A DNA stretch of 64,000 bases, taken from assembly GCA_050613775.1 (NCBI GenBank), contig JBODTK010000011.1, forward strand, positions 496,001-560,000. Direction: 5' to 3'. Numbering within the stretch: position 1 is the first letter of the stretch; each line of letters opens with the position of its first letter. Made by a program: the position numbers and the translations under genes. The stretch comes from Neocallimastix sp. 'constans'. Its lineage: Eukaryota. Below, piece after piece: positions 34,174 to 48,229 of the stretch. The notes under the pieces were generated by a model, which was not told the DNA's origin, did not search any database, and saw nothing but the letters and a program-made list of their open reading frames with translations.

Positions 34174-34470
34174 AATGTGAATGTAGTAGTAGTAGTAGTG
34201 AATGTGAATGTAGTAGTAGTAGTAGTAGTAGTAGTAGTGAATGTGAATGTAGTAGTAGTAGTAGTGAATGTGAATGTAGTAGTAGTAGTAGTAGTAGTAG
34301 TAGTGAATGTGAATGTAGTAGTAGTAGTAGTGAATGTGAATGTAGTAGTAGTAGTAGTAGTAGTGAATGTGAATGTAGTAGTAGTAGTAGTGAATGTGAA
34401 TGTAGTAGTAGTAGTAGTAGTACTGAATGTGAATGTAGTAGTAGTAGTAGTAGTAGTAGTGAATGTGAAT

Positions 34471-34509
<39 letters not shown>

Positions 34510-34613
34510 AATGTGAATGTAGTAGTAGTAGTAGTAGTAGTAGTAGTGAATGTGAATGTAGGTGAATGTAGTAGTAGTAGTAGTAGTAGTAGTGAATGTG
34601 AATGTAGGTGAAT

Positions 34614-34649
<36 letters not shown>

Positions 34650-34694
34650 AATGTGAATGTAGTAGTAGTAGTAGTAGTAGTAGTGAATGTGAAT

Positions 34695-34739
<45 letters not shown>

Positions 34740-35306
34740 AATGTGAATGTAGTAGTAGTAGTAGTAGTAGTAGTAGTGAATGTGAATGTAGTAGTAGTAG
34801 TAGTAGTAGTAGTGAATGTGAATGTAGTAGTAGTAGTAGTAGTAGTAGTAGTGAATGTGAATGTAGTAGTAGTAGTAGTAGTAGTAGTAGTGAATGTGAA
34901 TGTAGTAGTAGTAGTAGTAGTAGTAGTAGTGAATGTGAATGTAGTAGTAGTAGTAGTAGTAGTAGTAGTGAATGTGAATGTAGTAGTAGTAGTAGTAGTA
35001 GTAGTAGTGAATGTGAATGTAGTAGTAGTAGTAGTAGTAGTAGTGAATGTGAATGTAGTAGTAGTAGTAGCAGTAGTAGTAGTGAATGTGAATGTAGTAG
35101 TAGTAGTAGTAGTAGTAGTAGTGAATGTGAATGTAGTAGTAGTAGTAGTAGTAGTAGTAGTGAATGTGAATGTAGTAGTAGTAGTAGTAGTAGTGAATGT
35201 GAATGTAGTAGTAGTAGTAGTAGTGAATGTGAATGTAGTAGTAGTAGTAGTAGTAGTAGTGAATGTGAATGTAGTAGTAGTAGTAGTAGTAGTAGTGAAT
35301 GTGAAT

Positions 35307-35342
<36 letters not shown>

Positions 35343-35351
35343 AATGTGAAT

Positions 35352-35384
<33 letters not shown>

Positions 35385-35573
35385 AATGTGAATGTAGTAG
35401 TAGTAGTAGTAGTAGTGAATGTGAATGTAGTAGTAGTAGTAGTAGTAGTAGTAGTGAATGTGAATGTAGTAGTAGTAGTAGTAGTAGTAGTGAATGTGAA
35501 TGTAGTAGTAGTAGTAGTAGTAGTAGTGAATGTGAATGTAGTAGTAGTAGTAGTAGTAGTAGTGAATGTGAAT

Positions 35574-35606
<33 letters not shown>

Positions 35607-35648
35607 AATGTGAATGTAGTAGTAGTAGTAGTAGTAGTGAATGTGAAT

Positions 35649-35681
<33 letters not shown>

Positions 35682-35834
35682 AATGTGAATGTAGTAGTAG
35701 TAGTAGTAGTAGTAGTGAATGTGAATGTAGTAGTAGTAGTAGTAGTAGTAGTGAATGTGAATGTAGTAGTAGTAGTAGTAGTAGTAGTAGTGAATGTGAA
35801 TGTAGTAGTAGTAGTAGTAGTAGTGAATGTGAAT

Positions 35835-35867
<33 letters not shown>

Positions 35868-36023
35868 AATGTGAATGTAGTAGTAGTAGTAGTAGTAGTA
35901 GTGAATGTGAATGTAGTAGTAGTAGTAGTAGTAGTAGTGAATGTGAATGTAGTAGTAGTAGTAGTAGTAGTAGTGAATGTGAATGTAGTAGTAGTAGTAG
36001 TAGTAGTAGTAGTGAATGTGAAT

Positions 36024-36056
<33 letters not shown>

Positions 36057-36105
36057 AATGTGAATGTAGTAGTAGTAGTAGTAGTGAATGTGAATGTAGG
36101 TGAAT

Positions 36106-36138
<33 letters not shown>

Positions 36139-36147
36139 AATGTGAAT

Positions 36148-36186
<39 letters not shown>

Positions 36187-36240
36187 AATGTGAATGTAGT
36201 AGTAGTAGTAGTAGTAGTAGTAGTGAATGTGAATGTAGTA
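33089..36240. repeat. Compound satellite: (GTA)n tracts of variable length punctuated by GTGAATGTGAAT or CTGAATGTGAAT
   Basis: About 3.15 kb made almost entirely of these units; sharp boundaries. Confidence 0.97.
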
Positions 36241-36409
36241 ATAGTAATATTAAAGGTTGAAATAATTGAAAGTGGAGAATTAAGTATATATATAAATTAT
36301 CAATCCTTAAATAAATAAGATATATCAAATTAAAAATTCATATGGTTTTCCTTTTTATTAAAGGTGCTATTAATAAATTTATGTAGAATTAATATTATAT
36401 TTTCTAATC

Positions 36410-36442
<33 letters not shown>

Positions 36443-36559
36443 TTGTTGTTGTTATTATTAAATTTTAAATGAACTTTACCTATATCAAAAAAAAATTATA
36501 AAAAAAAAAAAAAGACTTTTACTATAAGATTAATTTGAAAAGGAAAAACTTCTGAACTT

Positions 36560-38168
36560 CTTTTTAGACATACTGCAAATGCTGTATCTGATCTTGTTTT
36601 TTGTTGATACATATAATGGAGATCCAATCAATCTTTTATAATCAGTTTTTTTTTTTTATTAATTTTTTCAGAGTTTTCTCTAACTTCTAATTTAACATTA
36701 ATATATGACGTTCTAGTTATTTTAGTATTGTTTATATTAGAGTTTAGCATTTTTCCAATATAATCTTTTTGATTAATTTTGTAGCCTTTATTTGCTTTAA
36801 TTATATTAATTCCGATGATTATGTTTGCTGTTTTATCTGTGGAGACTTTTGTATTTATATTTTTGTCTTTTGAAATAATTTTGGTAATTTCTTTATTCTC
36901 TATCTTTCCATTTGTTCACATTTTCTGAATTCATAGCTTCTTCATAATTCTTTGAAATTAACATATTAATATTATTAACTCTATTTCTCTTACGTCTTTC
37001 ATTTTCGTATGAATCTATTTTCCTCCAAAAAAAAATGAATTTATTTAATGTTGGTATTCTATCCTTCATTTTTCTTTTCTTCATACAATTTATAATTTTT
37101 TTTAATAGTTTTATGTTGTTTCGTTATTAATTTTATCATTTTGGCTTACCTACTTATTGAAAATTTTATTATTCCTTTTTAATATTAAATTTAATATTAA
37201 TATCCTTATCTTTGGTTTTCCTTAATTTTCTTTTTATCTTAAGTTTACAGATCACTAATATTGTCTTCAGATTCATTTTCAAGAATTGTAGTTTTTAATT
37301 TTAAAACTTTCATATATTTTATTATTTTCTAAATTTAATTTTAATTTTAATTTTTTTTCATTCATCTTCGTATTAACCAGATTTTTATGATTTCTTTCAA
37401 TTTTTCTTTCAATAAGTTTCTGCTTTAAAATTTCATAAGTATTAAGGTTTGATTTAGATAAATTTTAATTATTAAGATTTGTAATTTTTAATTTATTCTT
37501 AAATTTGAATTTTTATAATTTTTTATTCAAATTTTTATTTATAAAACTTTTTTTTTCACATTTCAAAAAATCTTTCTTTTTTTTTTTTTTGAGTTTTTTT
37601 ATATCCTTTATGTTATTATTGTTATCTCAATTAGTTATACCATTATTTTCATGAAGAATTTTGGCATGGCTTTCATTTGATGTCATGTTTATACTTTCTT
37701 CAATATTTGAATTTTTGAGTATTTCCTCTTGATATTCATTATTATAATCTTCATTTTTTCTATCTTCATTAATTTTGTCTTCAATTAATTTTTTCTTTTT
37801 CTAAATTATTATCTAACATGTTTTCATTATTGAATTTATCCATTAAATCTATATTATCTTCAAGGTTAATTTTATTCTGTTTGTTTTCATTCATTCAAGT
37901 TCATTATGATAAATTGGTGTTGTTAGTTCTGTTCCACCACTCAATTTGTTTATCTAAAGGATTTGAGGAATGAAAAAAAAAAAAAAAAAAAAAAAAAAAA
38001 GGTGCTAAGTGAGCTTAGTGAATTTTCATTGAAGTATATATCATGAACTATAATTATTGATTTTGAAGTAATTTTGAGGACACAATAACTAGGAGAGTCT
38101 GATAAATATTCTATGAAAATATCTGGTTTTGTATTATTTTCAAATTTTCCTTTTTTGCATTTATTAAG

Positions 38169-38205
<37 letters not shown>

Positions 38206-40432
38206 ACATTCACAAACTTTAAGTTTGAATGTATCAGTTTTCTTATTGAAAAATACTTCGTTCGGAATTATAAAATTAATTCCATGATGTGGATTTAAAT
38301 TGTACAATATACATGCACATTTAATGGCTTCATCCTACAAAATAGGAGATAATTTAGTACTGAGTAATGTTTTCGCGCAGTTATCTAATTTCTAATTAAT
38401 TCTTCCAACGCAACCATTTTGTTGGAGATTACCTAGTGTAGAATGATTAAATGTAATTCCATTATTTTTAAAGATAATTTATAAAATTAGAGTTGTTATA
38501 TTCTAAACGGTTATCAGATAGCATGCCATAATTTCAAATCAACATTATTTATATTATAATCTATATCTTTTATTGAGCTTATATTTAAAGTAAAAAGGTT
38601 TTTAACAATTGTATTGATGATAGTAATTTGTTTATTATTTTTAAAATTATTTGGAGTCTTTCCTTTATTGTTACACATTTCAATTACTAGTTTAAAGCCT
38701 TTTTTTTTTTTTTTACATAGGTATTAAGTGGAAATTAAATTATTTTGTATGTTTGGAGCATAAAGTACTTCTCTAATAGAAAAATTATTATTTTTATATA
38801 TTCCTTTGGACATACCCTTTTTGTATATTTTATTGGATTGTCCAATTGAGTATGTAATCCTTCTATTAGTAACTTCTTACAATGTTTGATAGTATTTTTA
38901 TATTTTTAGATTAAGTTAATTCCTGTTCCAATATCAATGATCCATGACCTTTTGTTGTTATTCCTTATCATTATTTTCTTCTTTTGAGATCTCGATCTTA
39001 ATTTACCTTTATGTTCCTGAGAGTTATTGAACTGTTATTACAATTATCTCTTTCAACAATTAGTTGTAATATTGAAGCAGAAATCGAATGAAGGATCTGA
39101 ATCGGAATCTGAAATGTTTTGTTCTTCATAGTTAAAGTTATAAGATTTAAAGTTTCTTTTACTACTTTACTATCTTTACCTGCTTAAAGATGTCTTTTTT
39201 ATTTTGTTTTTATTTCTAGATTTATTATTATTATTTTTTTTCTTTTCTCCCCTATAGTTATTATTTGGTGAATTTGATATGTTGAAAAAAAACAATTATC
39301 ATTAGTATGCCCATTTTTATGGCAATAGTGACAATTATTCGTTGGAATTTGTTTATTTATTGAAATTATATATGGATGTTTCCCATTTCGAACTCTATTA
39401 ATTTGATCTTGGAGTTGATATACTTCTTTGATTTCTACTCTTTTAATACTTTTGCTTTTCTTGATTACGGTACTTAGTTTTGTTATGTCTTCTTTTTTTC
39501 TTAAAATCTTTAACTGTCTTTTCAACATATTGAAATGTGAATAAATATACAAAACAGACTTTATTTAATTCATCTAAATAATAATAAAACTTTAGTCTCT
39601 TCGCTTAATTCTGGCTTATTTTGTAATTTTTCCTCGTTATTATATTCTGTAAATAACGAATTAAGATTATCTAAATATAGCTTAAAGTTATCGTTTTCAA
39701 TTTCTAATTTCTTTATTTTCATTTCAGTTTCAAATAGTATGGATGGGCCTGTTTAATTCATTTATTATTAAATATGCGCTTGTGCAATTATTTAATAGAC
39801 TTTTTGAATATTCGTCGAGGATGTTTAATATTATAATCCTTGGCGGTACTGCCATATTTTAAATATTTTTTAATGGTGTTTATATCTTTAATATTCTTTG
39901 ATATATAATCACCTAATTCTTCATAATCAAGGAATAATTTTAGGTCTGGATTCCATTTTGTAAATGCTTTCATTTGTAGTTTTAAAATTTTAAATATGAA
40001 ATCTATTAATTGTATTTGTTTGAATATTCGGAGGTTCTACTTCAACATGTGCATCAATCATTGTTGTGTTTGATGTATTTGTTGTCTTTACTGTCTTTGT
40101 TGGAAGTTTATGTAGAAATTTTCATTGATGTTGAATTTTTTGATTTAGTCATTTTAATTTTTGATGTGACTGCTAAAATTTCTTTATTTTAAAATTTAAT
40201 GAATGTTTAATGTTCATTAATATATTGATTTTTATATTAGCAATTGTTATGGAGTCATTGAGACTCTTAATCTATTAAATATAACACTTAAAATCAGAAA
40301 TGATATTTATATATATTTTATTATGTATTTATTTATATATATTTTTTTTGCTTTTACATTAAGAAAGACCTACTTCATTTAAGAATATGTCATTACATGT
40401 TATTTATAATTATTTTCTAGCGCGGTCTAACA
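36560..40432 (-). mobile_element. Degraded, internally deleted Ty1/copia LTR retrotransposon
   Basis: Minus-strand order is gag (FTKWNPDLKLFL; zinc knuckle CHYCHKNGHTNDNC about 39310), protease (WIIDIG about 38935; VLYAPNIQNNLIS), integrase (QQNGCVGRIN about 38415; L*DEAIKCACILYN), RT start (KNYEEAMNSENVNKW), RT end (YKRLIGSPLYVST..RSDTAFAV about 36600). Integrase before RT is diagnostic of copia. Most of the RT core, RNase H and the 3' LTR were not found. Confidence 0.88.
40260..40432 (-). repeat. Putative 5' LTR (about 160 bp) and degenerate primer-binding site of the copia element
   Basis: Starts TGTTAG at 40432 and ends TTAATA (expected ...CA) at 40273. It is followed by GATTAAGAGTCTCA, resembling the copia PBS GGTTATGGGCCCA. 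No second LTR is present to confirm it. Confidence 0.5.
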
Positions 40433-40700
40433 TTATTTGTAACATTTAATGTTACATGATACAATAGATTAAAAATTTTTTGCACTTAATAATGTAGTAT
40501 AATGTATAATGTAATTAAATACACAACTATGATATTTAAAAAAATATATTATATATAATTTTTTTTATAAAAAAATATATTCATTTTTTAATAAATAATA
40601 AACTAATTTATATAATATATAAGACATACATCTATTATATAATATAAAAAATAAAATATATGTATATATTTTATTTCTAACTAAATTAAATTTGTTATAC

Positions 40701-40743
<43 letters not shown>

Positions 40744-41264
40744 CGCGAAAAATAATTTTAAACTCTTATTTTCATTGTTATTTGTTTTTAGTAGTAATAA
40801 CTTTTTTTTTTTTTTTTATTTTTTATTTTTTATTTTTTTTATATATTTTAAATATATGGTAATTTATTTTTTTATATATTTATTTAAATCGGAATTCATA
40901 CTACAAATATTTATGTAATTTATAACAAAATACTGGTAAGAATATATATATATAGAATCTTGCTAAAGTTCAACATAATATTCAAACTTTGTACATTAAA
41001 ATATTATAAATATTAATAATGTTTAGTTATGTAATAACTTGAATATAAAAAAGAAAATTATAAGAGGAATATTTGGAGTCTTTTTATAGATTTTATTGAA
41101 TTATATATATAAATAAAAAAATAAATAATTATTGTGATATTTAAATTTAATACATTTTGTAGTTTACACATCATATTTTATATTTTATATTGACTCCTTA
41201 ACAAATATTAAACTATTTAAATAATATTAATATATATAAAATCTTTCCATTTTTTACAAAATAC

Positions 41265-41466
<202 letters not shown>

Positions 41467-42673
41467 TAATAATAAAGGGTGACATTAAATTTTTTTTTTT
41501 TTTTTTAATATTTTTAAATTTTATTGATTATCTAAAATTATTAAAAGTTGGAAAAAGAAAAAAAGGAAAAAGATAAAAAGAAAGAAGGAAAAAATAATTA
41601 TTAAATATTCATTAATATTTTTTATTATAAAATAAAAATAAAAATAAAAATAAAAATAAAAATAAAATAAAATAAAATAAAATAAAATAAAAAGAATTGA
41701 AAGAATTGAAATGAGTTAAAAAAAAAGATAAAAAAAATTTCTTTTTTTCTTTTTTTCTTTTTTTCTTTTTTTTTTTTAAACTTTTTGTTACACAACAATT
41801 ATTGATATTTATATCTGATTTGTTATCAAAAAAATTAATTTTGATTTTTTAATTTTTTTCCTTAAAAATTTTTGATTTTAATTTTTTTCCTTAAAAATTT
41901 TAATTTTAATTTTAATTTTAATTTTTTTGATTTAATTTTTAATTTTTAATTTTGTTTTGTTTTGTTTTGTTTTATTAATATTTTAATATTTCTGTTATTT
42001 TTTTTCAAAAAAATTCTTAAAGATATATATATCACATACATTTGAAATTTGAAATCTTTTTTTTTTTTTTTTTTTTCTATATATATACATATGATTATAA
42101 TATACCAAATGAAATTTCAAATTAAGATTCAATAATTTTTTTTAAAGAAAAAAAAAAAAAAAATAAAAGTTATTAAAATTGATATATAATTAAAATTATA
42201 TATATTATATTCATTATTTTATCTCATTAATTATTAACTATCTATTATATGTATACATATTAATTAATAATAAGTCATATTCATAGAATATCTATTATTT
42301 AATGTCAACAAATATATTATATCGTAAGCTTAGTTATGTACAATTTTGAAATTCAATTCAGTGGTATTATATGTATTAAATGAAGGCATTAATTAACAAC
42401 AATTTTAAAATTTTACATTATCAAGTTAAAGAATAAATTATATTACAATTATTTATTTTTTTTTTTTAAAAAAAAAAAATAATTATAAAGATATAATTGA
42501 TAAAAAAACAAAACCAAAACCAAAACCAAAAACAAACAAACATACAAAAAAAAAAAAAAACAAGGAAAAATTAAATAATATACATATTATATAAAGTTTA
42601 AAATTATTTTATTTTATTTTTAAAATTTTTGATATATAAAAAAAAAATTTCAACTTTAAAAAAAAAAAAAAAA

Positions 42674-44173
42674 ATGATTTCAATAAAAAAAAGAAATTCA
42701 TCGAAAAGTAGTTTAAGTAGTTTAAATAATTTAGCTATGACAAACTACAGCGATAATATATTTATTGCTAGTAAAAAAGGAAAATTAAAAATTATAAAAT
42801 TCTTAGTGGAAAGAGGTATTGATGTCGACGTTATTGATGATGAAGGAAATACTGTATTAATGTTGGCTTGTCATCGTGGTCACATAAAAATTGTAGAATA
42901 TTTAGTGGATAAGGGTGCAAATATTAACTATAAAAATGAATTCAATAAGACAGCTTTTATGTTTGCCTGTGAAGGTGGACATATCAATGTTGTTAAATTT
43001 TTATTTAATCAAGGAGCTGATATTAAATTACGTGATAGGAATGACTACACGGCCTTCCTCTATGCCAGTCAATTTAATGAAACACCAGAAGTAGTAGAAT
43101 TTTTAATATCAAAATTTGTTAATATCTTTGATACCAATAGTTTAGGTCAAAATGCTTTAATGTTAGCTTGTCGTGAAGGACATATTAATGTAGTGAAATA
43201 TCTTTCCGGTCAACAACAAATGGATGTTAATAAAAGAGACGCAGAAAAAAAAACGGCATTAATGCTAGCCTCACTTCATAATCATGAAGATGTGGTTCGT
43301 TATTTAATATCTAGGGGAGCAGATGTGAATGCTCTTGATCATCGATTAAATACCTCTTTAATGTTAGTAGCTGAAGTAGGTAATGATATTATTGCTAATT
43401 TATTAGTTAGAAATCGTGCCAATATTAACGCAAAAAATATTTATGGAGATTCTGCTTTACATGCTGCCTGTAATGAAAATCATCTAGAAATAGTAAAACT
43501 TTTAATTGAATACGGCGCAGATATTAATGATAAAGAAAAGAATGGAATGACTCCGTTAGCCTATGCTTGTAAAGCAGGTCATATTGACATTGTTAAATAT
43601 TTAGTGGAGAAGGAAGCCAAAATTAATCTTCAAGTAGCGAATGGCTACACCCCCTTAATGCTTGCCATAGAAAATGATCATGCCGATATTGTAGAATATT
43701 TAATAGAGCAAAAGGCGGATTTCAATTTAGGTAGTATTAAACATCAGAATGTACTAATCGAATCCAGTTCAGAGATTACTAATATTATTATTAATCATTT
43801 AGCCTCCAGTAATTTGGAAAATAATGATTGGTCTAGTTTTAATACCATTATAAAGAATGATCGTATTTCCTTCTTTGATTATTTAATTAAAGAAGGTATT
43901 CAAAATGGTCAACTTAATAACTATAATATTTTCATGGATTCTTGTAGTAATGGCTATAAACCTATTGTTGAACTTTTAATTCAACATAATATCGACATTA
44001 ATGTTCAAGATCATCATGGTCGTACGGCTCTCATGTATGCCACCGAAAATAATCAAGAAGAAATTATTAAATTATTAATAGAATATGGTGCCGATGTTAA
44101 TCTTCAAGATAATAATGGATGGACAGCATTAATGTTTGCTTGTCGTAAAAGCAACAACAACAACAACAATAAC

Positions 44174-44206
<33 letters not shown>

Positions 44207-46231
44207 TATAATAATTTTAATAGTAATAATAATAGTAAAAATAATAATTTAATCATTATCGAATATTTAATGGTTCATGGAGCTAATGTGAATATAATAA
44301 ATATAAAAGGATGGAATGCCTTAATGCTTTCTTGTGTTACTGATAATGAACTTATTATTCAATATTTAATACAAGAGGGAGCAAATGTTAATTCACAAAG
44401 TAAAGAGGATGGTCTCACTCCACTTCTTATTGCTTGTCAACATGGTAATATCAACATCGTCGATCATTTAATTAAACATTCATCAAATCTTTGGGTCCGA
44501 GATAAGAAGGGGAAAACGGCACTTATCTATGCTGCCGAATATGGATTTCTTCCCATTGTAGAATTATTAATCAAGGAAAGGGTTGAAGTGAATACAAAAG
44601 ATAACGACGGAGAAACCGCTTACACCATTGCAAAGAAAAAAGAATTTCGAGAAATTAAGAAATTGGTGAAGAAAGTCATGTCTGATCAAATCAATTTTGA
44701 TTATGATTTTGATGTCACCCAACAGGATCATTGGAAAGAATTCCATATTAATATAAAATATGGGAATATTGTGGCTGTCAAGGCCTACCTAGAACAAGGT
44801 GGAGATATTAAGGATGATACCGAAGATCATTGGTCACCCCTTCATATTGCTACTTATTATAATCAATTTGAAATCGTGAAATTGCTAGTTGAGAATGGAT
44901 TTGATCCCAATATAAAATGTAATGGTTATACCCCATTATATTTTGCATGTCGTAATTGTAATATGGATATTGTTCAGTATCTATTGGAGGAAGGTGCTGA
45001 AGTTAATACCATTAATCAAAATCGTTTAAGTGCATTAGAAATTGCATGTTATTCCAATGCCTATCAAATTATGAAAATTTTATTTAATCAAGGTATCGAT
45101 ATGGATATCAACCCTTACCTGGAATATCATCTTTTAAGAATTGCCGTTGATAACAATAACTTACGTATGATGAAGTTGTTATTAAATATTGGTGAAATAG
45201 ATATTAATGCCAGAAATCCCAATGATTCTACCATCCTACACTATATCGCTCATAAGAATATTTATTCTATGGCTAATGCCTTACTTAAATTAAGTGTGAT
45301 CGATGTGGACAGTGAAGACATTGATGGGAACACGCCACTTCATATTGCCTGTAAATATGGTCATGAACATTTAATTCAAATTTTGATTCATTACGGTGCC
45401 GATATTAATTTTAAGAATCATCACTCCTTCACCCCACTTCACCTTGCCAGTAAGCATGGGCAAATTGATGCAGTTCGTATTTTAGTGGAAAAGAAAGCTA
45501 AATTAGAAAGTACCAATGAAAATCACCAGAATGCTCTTCATATCGCTTGCGAACATAATAAAAGAAAAATAGTACAAATTCTTTTAGATCATCACGCTAA
45601 CATTAATGCTACTACCATTACAGGTTGGAGCCCCCTTCATATTGCCGTACAACATCAATACCCCTTCTTAGTGAGATGTCTCTTAACCTATAAACCAAAT
45701 TGTAACTTAGAAACCAATAATCGACTAACCCCCATGGATATTGCCTATCGTAATAATAATCACTATATAATTCAACTATTAGAATCGTATTACAGTCAGC
45801 ATCTTGAACTGATTACAGATGCCAATGCCATTATTAATGAAATTAAAAATGGAAATAGCCATGTAGCCTCCAATATGATTCGTTCAGGAGAAATTTCCTT
45901 AGATTATATTGATGAATATGGTTGGACGGCGCTTCACTGGGCCAGTTACAAGGGTTACACAGACGTTGTGAAAGATTTAGTGAACTATGGAGCAGATTTA
46001 GAAGCAAAAACCAAGTATTCATTGAATGGAAATGAACAGTTGAAAGGAAAGACTGCCAAAGATCTAGCCTATTGGTCTAAATACAATGATATTGGAGCTA
46101 TTATCACGTCAAAGATTAGTGAACTTACGATCTGTAAAATAATTAATAATGTTTCTGACGTCGTAGATAATGCCAAAGATATCAATGAAGCTATAGGTGG
46201 ATTAAATGATTTTCTTAAAGTTAAAAAATAA
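42674..46231 (+). CDS. Intronless large ankyrin-repeat protein (about 1185 aa), paralog A
   Basis: Repeated G-x-T-(A/P)-L-x-x-A...G...IV..L...GA.IN units in two arrays plus a terminal module. First ATG is at 42674 (the ORF-track start at 42629 is TTG); an alternative ATG lies at about 42737. Confidence 0.92.
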
Positions 46232-46365
46232 TGGGAGAACAAAAAAATTTGTATAAAAAATAAAGGCTGATAATCATTATAATTTAATTAAAAAAAAAAT
46301 AATAAAAAAATAAAAATAAAAATTAATATTTATATTATATTTATAAATATACATAAATAAATAAA

Positions 46366-46399
<34 letters not shown>

Positions 46400-47469
46400 A
46401 GAATAATGAATATAAATTATTAAATAAAATACTATTAAATTTAAATATATACTATATTATTATATTGTATATTATTATATTATATTATATTTTATTATAT
46501 TTATAATCAATAATTTCAATCTTCATAATAATTACCAAAAAATACTATTTATTTAATAAAGATATTTTTTTGTAAATTTTATATAGATAATATTATTATA
46601 ATTACAATACATGATACACATAAAACTTAATATATTGACAATGTAATTTAAACTTAATCTAATATTTTGACATTCCCTCAAATCTAATCTTGAAAGTAGA
46701 TTTGTACAATTAAAATGGGAGTGTTTCGCCAATTGAAAATTATTAAATGAATAAATAAATAAATAAAATTAAAAATTATTAAAATTGATGTATTTATATT
46801 TTTAAAGTAAATATTTAAATATTAAAAAAACTCTTTTTCATATATAAATATCTTTACAGATATCTGTTTAAATAAATAAATAAATAAATAATAAATAATA
46901 AAATAATAATAATAATAATATAAATAATATAGTAATAATTATAAAAGGATTACTATTAATAATAATAATGACAATTAAAATTATAAATAATTATTATTAC
47001 TATTTATAAATATATATATAAATGAATTAATAAAAAGTAATATTTAAGTACTTTAGAAAGGCATAAAAAAGTTTTTCTTATAGAATTTTGTATTATAAAT
47101 TAATCATAAATAATACATAATAAATAATAAATAAATAAAATAAACTGTAGCAAGAATTACAGAAATATCATTAATAATATTTTTATAATAACGATGTAAA
47201 TAATAATAGTTTTTAAAAATAAAAAATAAATATAAAATTATAATATAAAAATTTTTATACTTAATATATTAAAAAATATTATAATCTCATAAATACTTTA
47301 TATTTATCAGTTAACACTAAAAAAAAAAAAAGGAATTATTTAAAATATAAAAGAATTAATAATAAGATTTGGATAATTAATCTTCATTTAAAATATATAT
47401 ATAATTAAAAATATATATTATTAAAGATAATCATTAAAATATTTAATTAGAAACTTTTATTAAAAAAAA

Positions 47470-48220
47470 ATAGAGAAAAATCAAGAAATTGAAATAAGAA
47501 AAACTAATAGAGGAAAAGAGTATATTAAAACAGAAAATATAACTTTAATCTTTCATCCAAAAGGAAAGACAATTCATAAAAAAAAAATATAAATATACTG
47601 ATTATAAAACATTAAATAAATGTCCATCTTTCATTATTTTAAACAATGAGAATCAAATCTTAGAATATGTTGACTCACCTAATCATCTTGAAAAAAATAA
47701 ATTTTAAAGCTGCTAAATCAATTGTAAAAAAAAAAAAAAAAAAATAAAAAAGAAATTTAAAATAATGTAAATATGATGAAATTTCTCAAGGTATGGGTCT
47801 TATATATCTTGAATACAATTCAGTTAAATCCCAAGTAACAAGAAGTAGAAGAAAACAGCTACCTCATGATATAACAATATTTGATAAAATTCCAAATGAA
47901 TCAAAATATTATAAAACAAAAAAGGGATAAAAAATTTTATGATATTCAAAAATCATGATTTAATTGTTTTTCAATCACCATTTCAAGCAGAATTATATTC
48001 TAAAAATAATCATATTTTTTTGGGGATGGGTCATTCTATATTTTATCTATATTTAGTTATTAAGTATTCATAACTAAAACCTATGTTTCAGAATTAAATT
48101 ATTTTTACACTACACTACTTCCTTTTCTATATTAAAAATAAAAAAGAAAACAACTTATACTATCTGAAAAAATAAAAAAAAAATTTTAGTAAATAGAATA
48201 ATATTGAAATTACACTAATA
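47470..48220 (+). mobile_element. Degraded Mutator-like (MULE) transposase fragment 1
   Basis: Remnants EIEIRKTNRGK, KCPSFIILNNENQILEYVDSPNHLEK, RKQLPHDI...SKYYKT, FMIFKNHDLIVFQSPFQAELY, then DGSFY (first catalytic Asp, DGTF-type). Frameshifted. Confidence 0.7.
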
Positions 48221-48229
48221 AAAAGAAAA

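Noticed and set aside
33089..36240. CRISPR-like or telomeric array
   Set aside because: The spacers are only GTA runs with no unique sequence, there are no cas genes, the context is eukaryotic, and the array is internal and lacks a TTAGGG-type unit.
33083..36328. Long ORFs (1081, 502, 513, 550 aa) over the satellite
   Set aside because: They are artefacts of triplet repeats: ACT/CTA/TAC contain no stop in any minus-strand frame. The product switches among poly-L, poly-T and poly-Y at 1-nt slips.
46668..46735. SECIS element
   Set aside because: No RUGA/GA quartet geometry, and the upstream gene ends in TAA with no in-frame TGA.
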